Positions 38,629-48,296 of a stretch of 64,000 nt of DNA are shown one piece after another; position 1 is the stretch's first letter; every line of letters begins with the position of its first letter. This DNA is from a virus. The stretch lies in the IMG/VR virus record IMGVR_UViG_3300045936_000225, positions 2,258 to 66,257 of that record; one strand, 5' to 3'. The position numbers were made by a program, and so were the translations under genes. The notes beneath the pieces are model-generated. The model saw nothing but the letters and a program-made list of their open reading frames with translations, was not told where the DNA came from and ran no database searches.

Positions 38629-39149
38629 GGTGAACCTTTCCTAAGCGCCGGCCCGCTAGGCCACGCCGGAGGCTGAGTTTTCTGACTAAATACGCGCTGC
38701 CACAGCTCCGGGAGGCCCGCTACGGCGTATCCCGCCTTCAACTCCTTCCTAGTCATCCCCCGGGAAGGCGTGACAACGGCTTGCAGCGTAGGCGCGGCGG
38801 CTACCGCCGGCCCGCGCGCGTGCAAGACCTTCGGAATATCCTTGCCTGGAATGAGATACCATTGACCTAGCGTGTCCTTCGCTACGACATAGCTGCGGCC
38901 TCCATGAATGGCTATGCTCATGTGCCACTTAGGTTGATCCTTCTCGAAGGTGTCGTTCTTGATGATCGGTGTAGTGGCCATAACCGGCACGATCAGGTGC
39001 TTCGTCTCGAACCAGACGGTCTGTCCTTGGCTGAGAAGGTGTAGATCGGCAGTTCCGCTGCCGAGGCCATTCTCGATGCGCTCCATACGAATGCCATACG
39101 GCTTCGTGCGTTTGAGCTCATCGTAGACTTTCTGCTCAGGCTTGCGCAT
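38625..39149 (-). CDS. VRR-NUC (PD-(D/E)xK) nuclease
   Basis: GTADLHLL ... TVWFETKH motif. ATGA-coupled to the helicase. Confidence 0.5.
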   Translation of the reverse strand: MRKPEQKVYDELKRTKPYGIRMERIENGLGSGTADLHLLSQGQTVWFETKHLIVPVMATTPIIKNDTFEKDQPKWHMSIAIHGGRSYVVAKDTLGQWYLIPGKDIPKVLHARGPAVAAAPTLQAVVTPSRGMTRKELKAGYAVAGLPELWQRVFSQKTQPPAWPSGPALRKGSP

Positions 39150-41965
39150 CAGAACTTGAATCCGTCGTTGAGCTCTGGACGCGTCAGGCAGCGGAGCCTG
39201 CTGATGCTAATCATTGAGAAGTTCTGGAGATACTTGCCACGAATTAGCAGCCAGTCCTTGCCGTCCAGGAGGTTATCTGCAGCATACTTGCCCGCACCCT
39301 CCCAGTTATATGTCTTGATGCGCGCAAGAATCGGTTTGCTGACGCTGTCGTCAACTACGAACATGTCGAGGAACAGAGACTGGGTTGATCCGTCGCGGCC
39401 CATGTACGCCTTGTTGCCGCGACGCTGGAAGCGGACCGCTTCATTCTCGTCACGACGCTCGCGGCGGATCAGTTTGGCGATAACGACAGCCTCCTCTCCG
39501 TCCTTCAGCTTGCCGATCAGTTTGACCTTGCCACGGATGCCGTGCAGCTCAGGATTGGCATAGACAGCGCCCCACAACTTCTTGCCTTCCTCCAGATCTC
39601 GAAACCGGATCTCTGAGGACAGCAGCTTCTTGCGATCCACGTCGGTCAGTTGACCAGCTTTGCGTCGCGCGAGGTACTGGCCTGCTTTTGCAGGTCCGAT
39701 TCCCTTGATGTTCTGGTAGCCGCCATACAGCACGCCATCACGAACGCTCCATCCTGCATCGCTCTTGTCGGGATCGAAGGCCACGTAACTGATGCCTTCG
39801 TCACGAAGCTCTCGAAGCATCTCGATAACTTGCTCGTCATCCTTGGCGTTGCTAAGCAGTGCCGCTGCATACTGGAGTGGCCAACGTGCCTTCACGTATG
39901 CAGTCCAGTAAGTGACGATGCCGTAACTGACAGCATGGGCGACGTTGAAGAGCCAGGAGCCGGCGAACACCATCTGCCGCCAGATTTCGCGCGCAGCGTC
40001 CTCGCCGATCACGTCGTTGGCGCCTGCCGTGAACTTGTCACGCATCGAGTCGAAGTACTCCTGACCCTTGCGGCCAGACATCGACTTTCTGATCTCAGCA
40101 ACGTCCTTCCATGACATCTTGCCGATCTCTCGGCAGATGAACATTACCTGTTCTTGCCAGACGATAACGCCAAACGTGTCACCCGTATATCGACGAACTT
40201 CCTCTGGGACTCCGGACTCCCAGCTTTCTTGACCACCCATCCGCTTGATATAGTTGTTGGTGCCGCCGGAGGCCAAGGCACCTGGACGAGCAAGGCCGCC
40301 GATATGGGCGATCTGCATGAAACTGGTAACGGGGATCTGCTTCGCAACACGTCGAGCAGCAGCTCCTTCAAGCTGGAAGAGTCCAGAGAACTTGCCGCTA
40401 TTGATGACATCGAATGCCTCCTGGGAGTCCAGCTTGAGGTCGTAGAACTCCTGGTTGCTCATGACGCCACACTCCTCCAGCACTCCGAGAGTGCGTAGTC
40501 CGAGTGCGTCGATCTTGAGCAACTCCAGGTACTTGACGTCCTCCTTGGTCAAGCAGGCGACGCCTTCTGAGTTCACCGTGCAGTAGTGATGGATCGGCTC
40601 GTCGTTAACGAGCACTCCTGCAGCGTGGACCGACGTCGTGAACGGCGTCTGCTCAGCGCGGCCGACGACGGCCATTTCTGGGAATTCGCTCGCGAACTTC
40701 TTGCCCTCTGCCGTCTGGATCATCGTGTCTTCCAGAGCGAATCCGTATCGCGAGTCGCCGGAGGAGTACTCGATCAGTTGGTTGAGGAGATTGAAGGTCT
40801 TGTACTTCGGAACTCCCATCTTCATGCCGCATGTCGTGAGCACACTTCGCGGCTGCATCGTCACGACGTTGCCGAGTCGAGCGACGTGCTCCTCGCCGTA
40901 CTTCTCGCGAAGGTACTCGAATGCCATTTCGCGTCTGACGTCAGAGAAGTCAGAGTCGACGTCAGGCGGGTCGGAGCGCGTCACATCGATGAAGCGCTCG
41001 AACAGAAGGTCATGCTGGAGCGGGTCGATCTCCGTGATCTGCAGCACGTAGCAAACCAGTGATCCGCTCGACGATCCGCGGCCAGGACCGACGAGCATCT
41101 TCGTCTTCGCATACCGCATCAGGTCGCCGACGATGAGAAAGTAGCTGTCGAAGCCCTTCTCGCCGATCATCTTGCGCTCGTATTGCAGACGCTTCTCGTG
41201 CGCATCGGTCCAGACGATGTGGCCGCGACCGATGCGGTATTGCTTGCCCGCCTCGATTTCGGCGTCTAGGTCGCCGGCAAACTCTGGCAGCTTGCCGCGC
41301 GGCAGCTTCAATCCCTTGACCCTCTCCGCAGCCTCGTAGGTGCCCTTGATGGCAGCGCGCAGGATGTCAGTCGGCAGGTGGTTCATAACCACCAGAATCT
41401 CTTGCTCGCTCAGTAGCCATTGAGGCGTGGTGCGCTTTTGGTCAACTACGGCGAGGTGGAAGTCCCAGTCCTCCCTTCTCGCGAAGAAGTTGTCGCTGGT
41501 CAGCACGAGAGGCTTGCCAGTCTTCTTGTACAGCTCCAGCTGCTGCCTCGCCGCGACCAAACTTCTCGGATTGAAGTCGATGTAGTCGAATGCTGACGGG
41601 TCATCGAGGTTCGGGCCAGAGAAGACGACCGCTGAATCACGCAGTTTGCGCAAATCGCTTTGGTGAATATCAACAGGATGCGCGCTCGTCCAGGTGTAGA
41701 AACCCTTGAGGTCAGTAGCGAGAGCCCAGACACCTTGAGCGACACCGTCTACCATCGTGACTGGGAATTCCATGCCAAAGGCAGGGATCACCGACTTGCC
41801 CTTGAGCTCCTTCTCCCAAGTGACATGACCCCATGTTCCCGTATCGACGAGACCTGCAACCGGCGTCTGCAGTTCCTCCAGCCGCTCCACGAGATCAGAA
41901 ATGTGGCCGGTTGCTTTCTTGATGCTGAAATTGCTGCGCACCCGCAGCTGAGGGAATCCTGTCAC
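39149..41965 (-). CDS. dnaE: DNA polymerase III alpha-like (DnaE family) catalytic subunit
   Basis: N-terminal PHP domain. Palm and fingers motifs (LLKIDALGLRTL, GLFQLEG, WQEQVMFI). 938 aa. Confidence 0.85.
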   Translation of the reverse strand: MTGFPQLRVRSNFSIKKATGHISDLVERLEELQTPVAGLVDTGTWGHVTWEKELKGKSVIPAFGMEFPVTMVDGVAQGVWALATDLKGFYTWTSAHPVDIHQSDLRKLRDSAVVFSGPNLDDPSAFDYIDFNPRSLVAARQQLELYKKTGKPLVLTSDNFFARREDWDFHLAVVDQKRTTPQWLLSEQEILVVMNHLPTDILRAAIKGTYEAAERVKGLKLPRGKLPEFAGDLDAEIEAGKQYRIGRGHIVWTDAHEKRLQYERKMIGEKGFDSYFLIVGDLMRYAKTKMLVGPGRGSSSGSLVCYVLQITEIDPLQHDLLFERFIDVTRSDPPDVDSDFSDVRREMAFEYLREKYGEEHVARLGNVVTMQPRSVLTTCGMKMGVPKYKTFNLLNQLIEYSSGDSRYGFALEDTMIQTAEGKKFASEFPEMAVVGRAEQTPFTTSVHAAGVLVNDEPIHHYCTVNSEGVACLTKEDVKYLELLKIDALGLRTLGVLEECGVMSNQEFYDLKLDSQEAFDVINSGKFSGLFQLEGAAARRVAKQIPVTSFMQIAHIGGLARPGALASGGTNNYIKRMGGQESWESGVPEEVRRYTGDTFGVIVWQEQVMFICREIGKMSWKDVAEIRKSMSGRKGQEYFDSMRDKFTAGANDVIGEDAAREIWRQMVFAGSWLFNVAHAVSYGIVTYWTAYVKARWPLQYAAALLSNAKDDEQVIEMLRELRDEGISYVAFDPDKSDAGWSVRDGVLYGGYQNIKGIGPAKAGQYLARRKAGQLTDVDRKKLLSSEIRFRDLEEGKKLWGAVYANPELHGIRGKVKLIGKLKDGEEAVVIAKLIRRERRDENEAVRFQRRGNKAYMGRDGSTQSLFLDMFVVDDSVSKPILARIKTYNWEGAGKYAADNLLDGKDWLLIRGKYLQNFSMISISRLRCLTRPELNDGFKF

Positions 41966-42273
41966 TTTGGAATCTCCACGTGATGAACGTAATTGCGCAG
42001 GCGCTTGATCTTGCCTGTCACGTGCCTAGCGATCTCAGTATCAGACAGGAATGGACTCTTGACATTCTCTCTGAGCACGAGGAATGCGGCCGAAAGATCG
42101 CCGAGTTCCTTCGCCAGCGAGGTGATGTTCTTCTCCATCGACACCGGGTGATACGATCGAAGACCGTGCCTCTGGATCTTGGCGATTGCCTGGATGACCT
42201 CCGCGCACTCTTCCGCGACGATCACGAGGGCTTCCATCTCCGCTGGCGTCAGTTCGTTGAATTGTTCCATCAC
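41962..42273 (-). CDS. MazG-like or all-alpha NTP-PPase-like protein (third copy; tentative)
   Basis: EECAEVIQAIAKI ... ELGDL motifs. Confidence 0.4.
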   Translation of the reverse strand: MMEQFNELTPAEMEALVIVAEECAEVIQAIAKIQRHGLRSYHPVSMEKNITSLAKELGDLSAAFLVLRENVKSPFLSDTEIARHVTGKIKRLRNYVHHVEIPK

Positions 42274-42950
42274 GCCCTCGAAGTACGAACTTGAGTGGTG
42301 CCATCCACGACGCTCTTGTCGAAGCCGATCTTACGCGGCTCACCATACCCGGTTGGCCTGCAGAGTTCGGGCGGTCTAGTGCCATCAGGGATCAGTGACA
42401 CCAGCTTGTGGTGCTTCACGATCTCTGCGAGCGCCCTGACGTCGTCCATGCCACGGTGAGTCTGTTTGTATTCCTTGCCTGTGGTCGCCTTGTACAGCTC
42501 GATGAGCTTCATTCGGCGACCCCAGAGCGGGTCGAATTCCTGGACGGTACAGATGTTGTGGCGCGGCCACGGGAAGTCCTTGCAACCGCATCGCTCCAGC
42601 TCGCCGGCGAGCAATGCATGGTCGAAGGGAAGGTTGTGGCAGATCAGGCCGTCGGTGTCCTCGAAGAAAGCGATGATCTCGTCAAGGTGAGCTGCGAAAG
42701 CAGGCTTGCCGGCGAGATCGGCGTTCGTGATCCCGGTAATCCCGGTGATCTCAGGCGTGATCTGCTGTCCCGGATAGCACAGAAACTCCAACTCCGCGAG
42801 CTCGTTGCCGAACACGTCGACCTTCAAAGCCGCGAATTCAATGATGCGCGGCTGCAGGTCCTGCTTCGCATACGGATGCAGGGTCAGCCCTGTGGTTTCC
42901 GTGTCGAATATGATGGCCGTTTTGACGGCTGCGTCAACGATCGAATTCAT
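42270..42950 (-). CDS. dnaQ: DnaQ-like 3'-5' exonuclease (DEDDh)
   Basis: Exo I IIFDTETTGL, Exo II HNLPFDHALL, Exo III HRGMDDVRAL. ATGA overlap defines the start. Confidence 0.8.
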   Translation of the reverse strand: MNSIVDAAVKTAIIFDTETTGLTLHPYAKQDLQPRIIEFAALKVDVFGNELAELEFLCYPGQQITPEITGITGITNADLAGKPAFAAHLDEIIAFFEDTDGLICHNLPFDHALLAGELERCGCKDFPWPRHNICTVQEFDPLWGRRMKLIELYKATTGKEYKQTHRGMDDVRALAEIVKHHKLVSLIPDGTRPPELCRPTGYGEPRKIGFDKSVVDGTTQVRTSRA

Positions 42951-44653
42951 CGACGAATCCTCTTGCTGTGACGAGTCCACAAGACTGCTCCGTCCCAGAT
43001 ATGGTCGGCGCCCCATTCGTCTGCGCTGGCTAGATCTGGGAAGAATCCGCTTCCGTTTTTGTTGGCCGAGGTATTGCACAGGAGGCCTGGACCGCCGCTC
43101 GCAGCCGCATAACCTTGGAGGATCGAACGGACGATTGCACAGTCCGAAAATCCGACCGTCTGGATCCTGGCAGTATTGTCGATGTGCGTGATAGCAGGGA
43201 ATTTACCTGCGCATTCCGGCCTGATGACGTGGTCGAACAGCATGTATGGGTCCGGCGTCCCAGGATGGAAGAGAGCAGGTGCATCTTCTTCGAGGACAAT
43301 CGGCGCCACAGGTCTCCAGTGTTCACGGTTCTTGTCCATGTTGAGGGTGTTCTTGTTGGGGGACTCTGTAGCAGCCATCAGCAGGCTGCGATGACCGAGT
43401 GCACGCGGCCCGATCTCTGCCCGGCCATGAAGCACGCAAACGTAATCGTCCGGATGCTCCCAGAGCCAGCGCCCGAGTTCGTGCGGCTGCATCGGAGTCT
43501 TCGTAAACTTCGGATGCGCGCTGTACGGCATCTGGTCAACAACCAGCTGAGCAGGCGACATACGCGGCCCGCAGTACACGTCCCAGTCAAGCGCCGTCTT
43601 CTCGCCAGCAGCCCATCTGGCCGCAGCTGCTGCACCGATGGCGCTGCCCGAGTCATTCGGGCAAGGAGGAACCCAGACGTCGATGTCCATGCGCCGGATC
43701 TGGCTGTTCCACTTAATGTTCAAGGCCGAGCCGCCGACGAACACGAGGTTCATCGTTTTGCCATGTTTCTCCAGCCCTTCGACGATCTTGTCGCCCATCC
43801 ACTGATGGATGCTGCGAAGTAAATCTGCATCAGTGATGCTCTCTTCCGCTGTCGCGTAGAGAACGAGCTGCATGAAGGCATTCTCCGGCCTGCAGTCATT
43901 AAATGCGCTTTCCACTCGCTTGTCTGGATAGACTTCCGGTCTGCGCCCATCACTAAGGATGTGATGAGCGTTCTCGCAAGCCTGCAGGACTGCGTCAGAA
44001 ACCTTGCCGTGACCGATCCATGACATCAGCTTGCCTGGCCAGTCGCGACGACTGATCGACTTTGTGTAATCGCCGTGACGAAGGCGCTCCATGCCTGCTG
44101 TCTTGAAAGGTCCTGCATAGTATCCCATGATGCCATACAGCGTGCCGTACAGGTTGAAGAGGGCTTTGCCGCCGGTGATGCCTTTCTGAGGATCCACCTG
44201 ATAGAGCATCGGACGCGTTCCGCCGTCCCACATCAGGACGTCGCAGCGCTCTCCCGCGTATGGCGACATTAGGTACGCACCAAGTACGTGACCCGTGATA
44301 TGCGGCGTACTGCCAACGACCGTACCGAGATCTAGGCGCAGAGTCTCGCGCGCGAAGTTCGATAGCGTGACGAACTGGAATTCGATGTCTGGCCAGTAGC
44401 CTGCAACGTCCAGCTCGATTGGCCGGAAGAGCTTGCCGGCACGCCATCCGTCGATGCACAGAACGTCGCTGTTGTGGAACTCGAATCCCTCGCTGTCCAG
44501 CGCTTTGCGCACGGCAGAAAGCGATTCCGCCTCTGTGTACCGAGGATTGTTGCCGAATTTCTCCAATTCCAGGCTCCACTGGAGCTTGCCGGTTGCGTCG
44601 ATCATCGCCACTGCGGCATCATGCGTGAACTTCACGCCAACAAAACGAGTCAT
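42947..44653 (-). CDS. NodU/CmcH-family carbamoyltransferase
   Basis: N-terminal FTHDAAVAMID (HDxA motif of the Kae1-like domain), C-terminal HIDNTARIQTV (as in HVDGTARVQTV), ~570 aa. GAGGTG Shine-Dalgarno. Confidence 0.7.
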   Translation of the reverse strand: MTRFVGVKFTHDAAVAMIDATGKLQWSLELEKFGNNPRYTEAESLSAVRKALDSEGFEFHNSDVLCIDGWRAGKLFRPIELDVAGYWPDIEFQFVTLSNFARETLRLDLGTVVGSTPHITGHVLGAYLMSPYAGERCDVLMWDGGTRPMLYQVDPQKGITGGKALFNLYGTLYGIMGYYAGPFKTAGMERLRHGDYTKSISRRDWPGKLMSWIGHGKVSDAVLQACENAHHILSDGRRPEVYPDKRVESAFNDCRPENAFMQLVLYATAEESITDADLLRSIHQWMGDKIVEGLEKHGKTMNLVFVGGSALNIKWNSQIRRMDIDVWVPPCPNDSGSAIGAAAAARWAAGEKTALDWDVYCGPRMSPAQLVVDQMPYSAHPKFTKTPMQPHELGRWLWEHPDDYVCVLHGRAEIGPRALGHRSLLMAATESPNKNTLNMDKNREHWRPVAPIVLEEDAPALFHPGTPDPYMLFDHVIRPECAGKFPAITHIDNTARIQTVGFSDCAIVRSILQGYAAASGGPGLLCNTSANKNGSGFFPDLASADEWGADHIWDGAVLWTRHSKRIRR

Positions 44654-44943
44654 TTGGTCACCTCTTCCAGCATCGCCGAGTAGACCATCGCGTCGTGCGC
44701 ACTGTCCTTGTGGCCGCCGCGATGGAGGTTGTTTGAGTAGCGCTGAAGCTTGAGCAATGCTGCCAGCCACAGCGAGAAACGGTTCCAGTCATCCGCCGTC
44801 TTCAAGTCCGGCAAGCCGTCTGGGAAGAACGCCTGCAGGATGGCTCCGAGTTGCAGGTAAGTGTCGCCATACGCCGCGTTGCGCACGCGGAATGTAGCTG
44901 CGCCTTCTTCCAGAATCTCAGGAGCGCGTCGTTCTTCAGTCAT
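44650..44943 (-). CDS. hypothetical protein
   Basis: ATGA-coupled upstream of the carbamoyltransferase. Confidence 0.4.
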   Translation of the reverse strand: MTEERRAPEILEEGAATFRVRNAAYGDTYLQLGAILQAFFPDGLPDLKTADDWNRFSLWLAALLKLQRYSNNLHRGGHKDSAHDAMVYSAMLEEVTK

Positions 44944-45442
44944 TGTAATGCCCATCCCCGTCCAACGAACGGTGAGTTGTATTGACGCCAAATTCCGATG
45001 CGTACATGTTCAGGATGTCCAGGCGGTCGTCATATGCCATATGAATTTGACCGCAAATACCGAGGAGTCGGCGCATCATGTCGCGCTTCACTTCAACGCT
45101 TGAACGCGAATCGTAATTCGCGCGCATCCAGATGTGGTCGGGCGAGGGTCGTTTCCCGTGCTTCACGAACCACTTCACGCGAAGACGACGATACGCCTCC
45201 GGCATGGCCGTGAAGAAGTAGACGTCGTACCTGCGCCGAACATCGTCCTTCAGTTCCTCGATGAAATCGGCTTTATCACCGACGCAAGCGAGATGGTACA
45301 TGTGATATCTGGCCCAGTCTTGCTTGTACGGCGACTGATCCTTCGGGAGGATCAGGTACTGCCTGTGCGTGTCCAGACTGATACAGTTGTCGATGTCGCA
45401 TACGATGACGCGACGCTTCGGCCAGTGAGGGCGATTACTCAT
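44936..45442 (-). CDS. HAD-superfamily phosphatase-like protein (tentative)
   Basis: VIVCDIDNC (DxDx motif I), FFTAMPE, KWFVKHG, MAYDDRLD. Confidence 0.35.
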   Translation of the reverse strand: MSNRPHWPKRRVIVCDIDNCISLDTHRQYLILPKDQSPYKQDWARYHMYHLACVGDKADFIEELKDDVRRRYDVYFFTAMPEAYRRLRVKWFVKHGKRPSPDHIWMRANYDSRSSVEVKRDMMRRLLGICGQIHMAYDDRLDILNMYASEFGVNTTHRSLDGDGHYND

Positions 45443-45698
45443 TGTTCGGGATGCCTGCCGCAAATAGAGCAGCTTTGCCAAGGGCAGCTGCGTCAATTCG
45501 TTCCTGAGAGGTCGTGGCATTAAGCATCGCGACGATTGCGCGAGCCATTACAGGCGCTGCGGCCATACCGACGATCTCTGCGGGTTTGCCGTCTTTGCCT
45601 TGCATCGCGAGAACTCGGGTCTGTTTAAAGATCCCAAGAATCCGCGAGTCTTTGCCCAAAGGCTTGACGTCGTAAGCAGCCGAGTGTCGGCTGCTCAT
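45435..45698 (-). CDS. hypothetical protein
   Basis: ORF only. Confidence 0.4.
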   Translation of the reverse strand: MSSRHSAAYDVKPLGKDSRILGIFKQTRVLAMQGKDGKPAEIVGMAAAPVMARAIVAMLNATTSQERIDAAALGKAALFAAGIPNNE

Positions 45699-45728
45699 GC
45701 GTAGCTCTTCATCTTATCTCTCCGAAGA

Positions 45729-45750
45729 GGCCGGGAGCCCACTCCCGGCC
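45729..45750 (-). terminator. hairpin after the SSB gene (9-bp GC stem ggccgggag/ctcccggcc)
   Basis: Followed on the - strand by U-rich tcttcggagagataag. Confidence 0.5.
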
Positions 45751-45794
45751 CATCTGCTATTATAGCTCCGTCTTAGCGCACGCGCTACGGCGCA

Positions 45795-46226
45795 TTAGAA
45801 CGGGATGTCGTCATCGAAGGTGTTCGAGTGTCGCTGCTGAGAAGGACTAGAAGCCCTTGCACCCGGCGCGCGGTCCCTACTACCGCCGCCACCGGCTGCA
45901 CGGCTCTCGCCGCGCTCCTTCGGCTTGCCCTGCAGAGTAACCTGAGCAACGTTCAGCTTGATCGCGGCATCAAACGTGCCGTCCCGCTTCTCGAACGTCT
46001 CCAGGTCGATCTCGCCGCAGACCGTGACGGGCGTGCCCTGGAGCAAGTACTGCGCGAGCTTCTCGCCGCGCTTGCCCCAGAGGGCGCACTTGATCCAGAG
46101 CGTATGCTCGCGGTCTCCATATCCGGCCTTGACGCCGAGGCTGAAGTTCGTGACGCCGCTCTCGCCGATGTTGGGTTTGTATTCGGCATCCTGGCCGAGA
46201 TAGCCTGCGAAGTGTCCGTAGTTCAT
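45795..46226 (-). CDS. ssb: single-stranded DNA-binding protein
   Basis: OB-fold pattern and the C-terminal acidic tail DDDIPF. GGAGA Shine-Dalgarno. Confidence 0.85.
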   Translation of the reverse strand: MNYGHFAGYLGQDAEYKPNIGESGVTNFSLGVKAGYGDREHTLWIKCALWGKRGEKLAQYLLQGTPVTVCGEIDLETFEKRDGTFDAAIKLNVAQVTLQGKPKERGESRAAGGGGSRDRAPGARASSPSQQRHSNTFDDDIPF

Positions 46227-46660
46227 TTGATCTCCGTGGTTTTCTCTTCGCTGGTCGGGCCTGACTGCGGATAACAGCCATTCTCGCCTGGAAAGGAAAT
46301 GCTGCCGATGGCCTTGGTGCGCACTTCGGTGTTGCGGAACACCAGCTCGAAGCATTCCTTGTAGGTCTCGGCACGGGCGACGGCGACTTGCTTCGCAGTA
46401 TCAAGTTCCTGCTGCTTGTTAATGGAGAGGCCGAGCTTGTTGAGTGCGTCCTGAGCCAGGACCTTCGACTCCTTTGCCTGTTGAGCTTCTGGACTCAGGC
46501 GCTGAATTTCGCGACGAGCCTGATCGAGCTCGGAGGTCAGCTGACGAGCCTTCTCCTTGAGCGCCTGGATGCCAGCGAGCGCGTCTACGCTGAACGTGCT
46601 CTTCTGGATCAGGTCCTGGATTGCCGCCTCGAGAGGCGACGCGGTTGCTTGTTCTGCCAT
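46223..46660 (-). CDS. coiled-coil hypothetical protein
   Basis: ATGA-coupled. Confidence 0.45.
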   Translation of the reverse strand: MAEQATASPLEAAIQDLIQKSTFSVDALAGIQALKEKARQLTSELDQARREIQRLSPEAQQAKESKVLAQDALNKLGLSINKQQELDTAKQVAVARAETYKECFELVFRNTEVRTKAIGSISFPGENGCYPQSGPTSEEKTTEIK

Positions 46661-46661
46661 G

Positions 46662-47378
46662 TTACTTTACTCCTCGCATCTTGTCGACGATCTTCAGGAG
46701 CTTCCCGCGCGTGAGCAGATCAGGGAAGTGCTCGAGAGCGAATGCCTCGATCTCTGCGAAATAGTCGCGCGGCTTCTCGAAGATGAAGTCCTCTGCCCAA
46801 GGCCACACCTTCAGGACTTCGTCAACCATCAGGTTCATCACCATCTGATATTCGTCTTGGGTGCGGCCACCGGTGCGCGATCTCGCGAGATCAGCGAATG
46901 AGCGAAGATTGTACTTCGCCACGATGTTCGTCTCGACATTGCCGGGTAGTACTGCACGAGCATCTTCCGGTGCATGGCCGCGACGGATCAGATACTTGTA
47001 GAGCTCCTGCGTGCGAGCGTTGTGGTCATTGACCACCTCCGTCGCCGAAATGTCCTCCTTGAACTTCCTCGGCATGACGAATCCGAACTGCGACATGTCA
47101 TTCACGCGCATCGACTGCTGCGCATATGACGCGTGCCTCGAACGCACGAACTGATGCGTGAAGTTGCGGCTCACACCCTCGATCATGAAGATCAAGTCGC
47201 CGAACTCGTGTGAAGAGCGGATGGTGTTGGCGATGTACTTCAGCTCTTCGAGCTTGCGCTCTTCTGGCCAAGCACGGATGGCGTCGAGCAATCCAGGCGA
47301 CATGTTGAGTCGCGTGCTCTTGGTGAAGATGAGGATTTCCTTGGCCTCATGCGTTGCGTAAATGAGTGTGACTTTCAT
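46662..47378 (-). CDS. thyX: flavin-dependent thymidylate synthase
   Basis: ThyX signature RSRHASYAQQSMR (RHR-x7-S). AGAGGAAA Shine-Dalgarno. Confidence 0.8.
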   Translation of the reverse strand: MKVTLIYATHEAKEILIFTKSTRLNMSPGLLDAIRAWPEERKLEELKYIANTIRSSHEFGDLIFMIEGVSRNFTHQFVRSRHASYAQQSMRVNDMSQFGFVMPRKFKEDISATEVVNDHNARTQELYKYLIRRGHAPEDARAVLPGNVETNIVAKYNLRSFADLARSRTGGRTQDEYQMVMNLMVDEVLKVWPWAEDFIFEKPRDYFAEIEAFALEHFPDLLTRGKLLKIVDKMRGVK

Positions 47379-48295
47379 CGCGACAGTTTCCTCTGATATT
47401 TGTCGCCCGACATGAGCGACTTGATTGCGGCGATATCGCCGATAAGATCGTCGAGCAGGATGTTCCTCCAAGTGGCGAACCTGCCCAGCGAATAGATGTT
47501 GAATTCTTCAGATAGCCGGTGGATTCCCTCGCGGCGACGCTTGTCATCGATCGGCGCGATCTTGCCGTATTTCTGGAACGTGTCCGTCTGCAGGATGAGG
47601 CCGCGAATGCCGAATACCTGTTCCAGGAACTCAGCTTCGTCAGTCTTCTCGAAGGCGCTGCTCGCAGTCGTCTCCGGAATGACACTCTCGGCGATCAAGG
47701 TGTTTCCTGTGATCGTCGCTCGATACAGCGTCAACTTCGGGTCCGGGAAGTAGATCGTCTGGAAAGTGTCGCAGTCAGGGATCTTGTATCGTCGCACCTG
47801 GATAGGTGCGAAATTGAAGTTCTGGCCGACGATCTCGAGATTGAAGTCACCGAGCGCGGCCAGGAGCGTCGGCATCGGTATCGTCGAGACTACCGGAAGT
47901 CCTGATCGCCATCCATCAAACGTCGATCCCCAGACAACGCGGTCGCCGACATTCTCAAGCAGCCGCGCGACGAGATCGTCTGGGGCGACGTAACGCTCGG
48001 CAGGCTCAAGGTTCCAGATGCTGCGATCTATGATGCGCCCGGCCACCTTATAGGCATAGCGATTGGCGTGCCGAATGCTCGGCTCCACGAACATGCCGCC
48101 AGAATAGATCGCCTTCCGCACTGTGATCTTGCGGAATGGAATGCCTGTGAGCGCACTGACCTGTTCTCCACGAAATCTCAGCACGGCCTTGTGATTGTCG
48201 CGTGCAGTGGGCGATGCCTCGTGTATCTTCGCCTTTGGCCATGCGTGCGCAGCGATCAGCCCCGACAATCCTGCGCCGATAATGATTGGTGTCAC
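47375..48295 (-). CDS. FAD/NAD(P)-binding Rossmann oxidoreductase
   Basis: N-terminal IIIGAGLSGLIAAH (GxGxxG). ATGA-coupled to thyX. Confidence 0.55.
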   Translation of the reverse strand: MTPIIIGAGLSGLIAAHAWPKAKIHEASPTARDNHKAVLRFRGEQVSALTGIPFRKITVRKAIYSGGMFVEPSIRHANRYAYKVAGRIIDRSIWNLEPAERYVAPDDLVARLLENVGDRVVWGSTFDGWRSGLPVVSTIPMPTLLAALGDFNLEIVGQNFNFAPIQVRRYKIPDCDTFQTIYFPDPKLTLYRATITGNTLIAESVIPETTASSAFEKTDEAEFLEQVFGIRGLILQTDTFQKYGKIAPIDDKRRREGIHRLSEEFNIYSLGRFATWRNILLDDLIGDIAAIKSLMSGDKYQRKLSR

Positions 48296-48296
48296 T

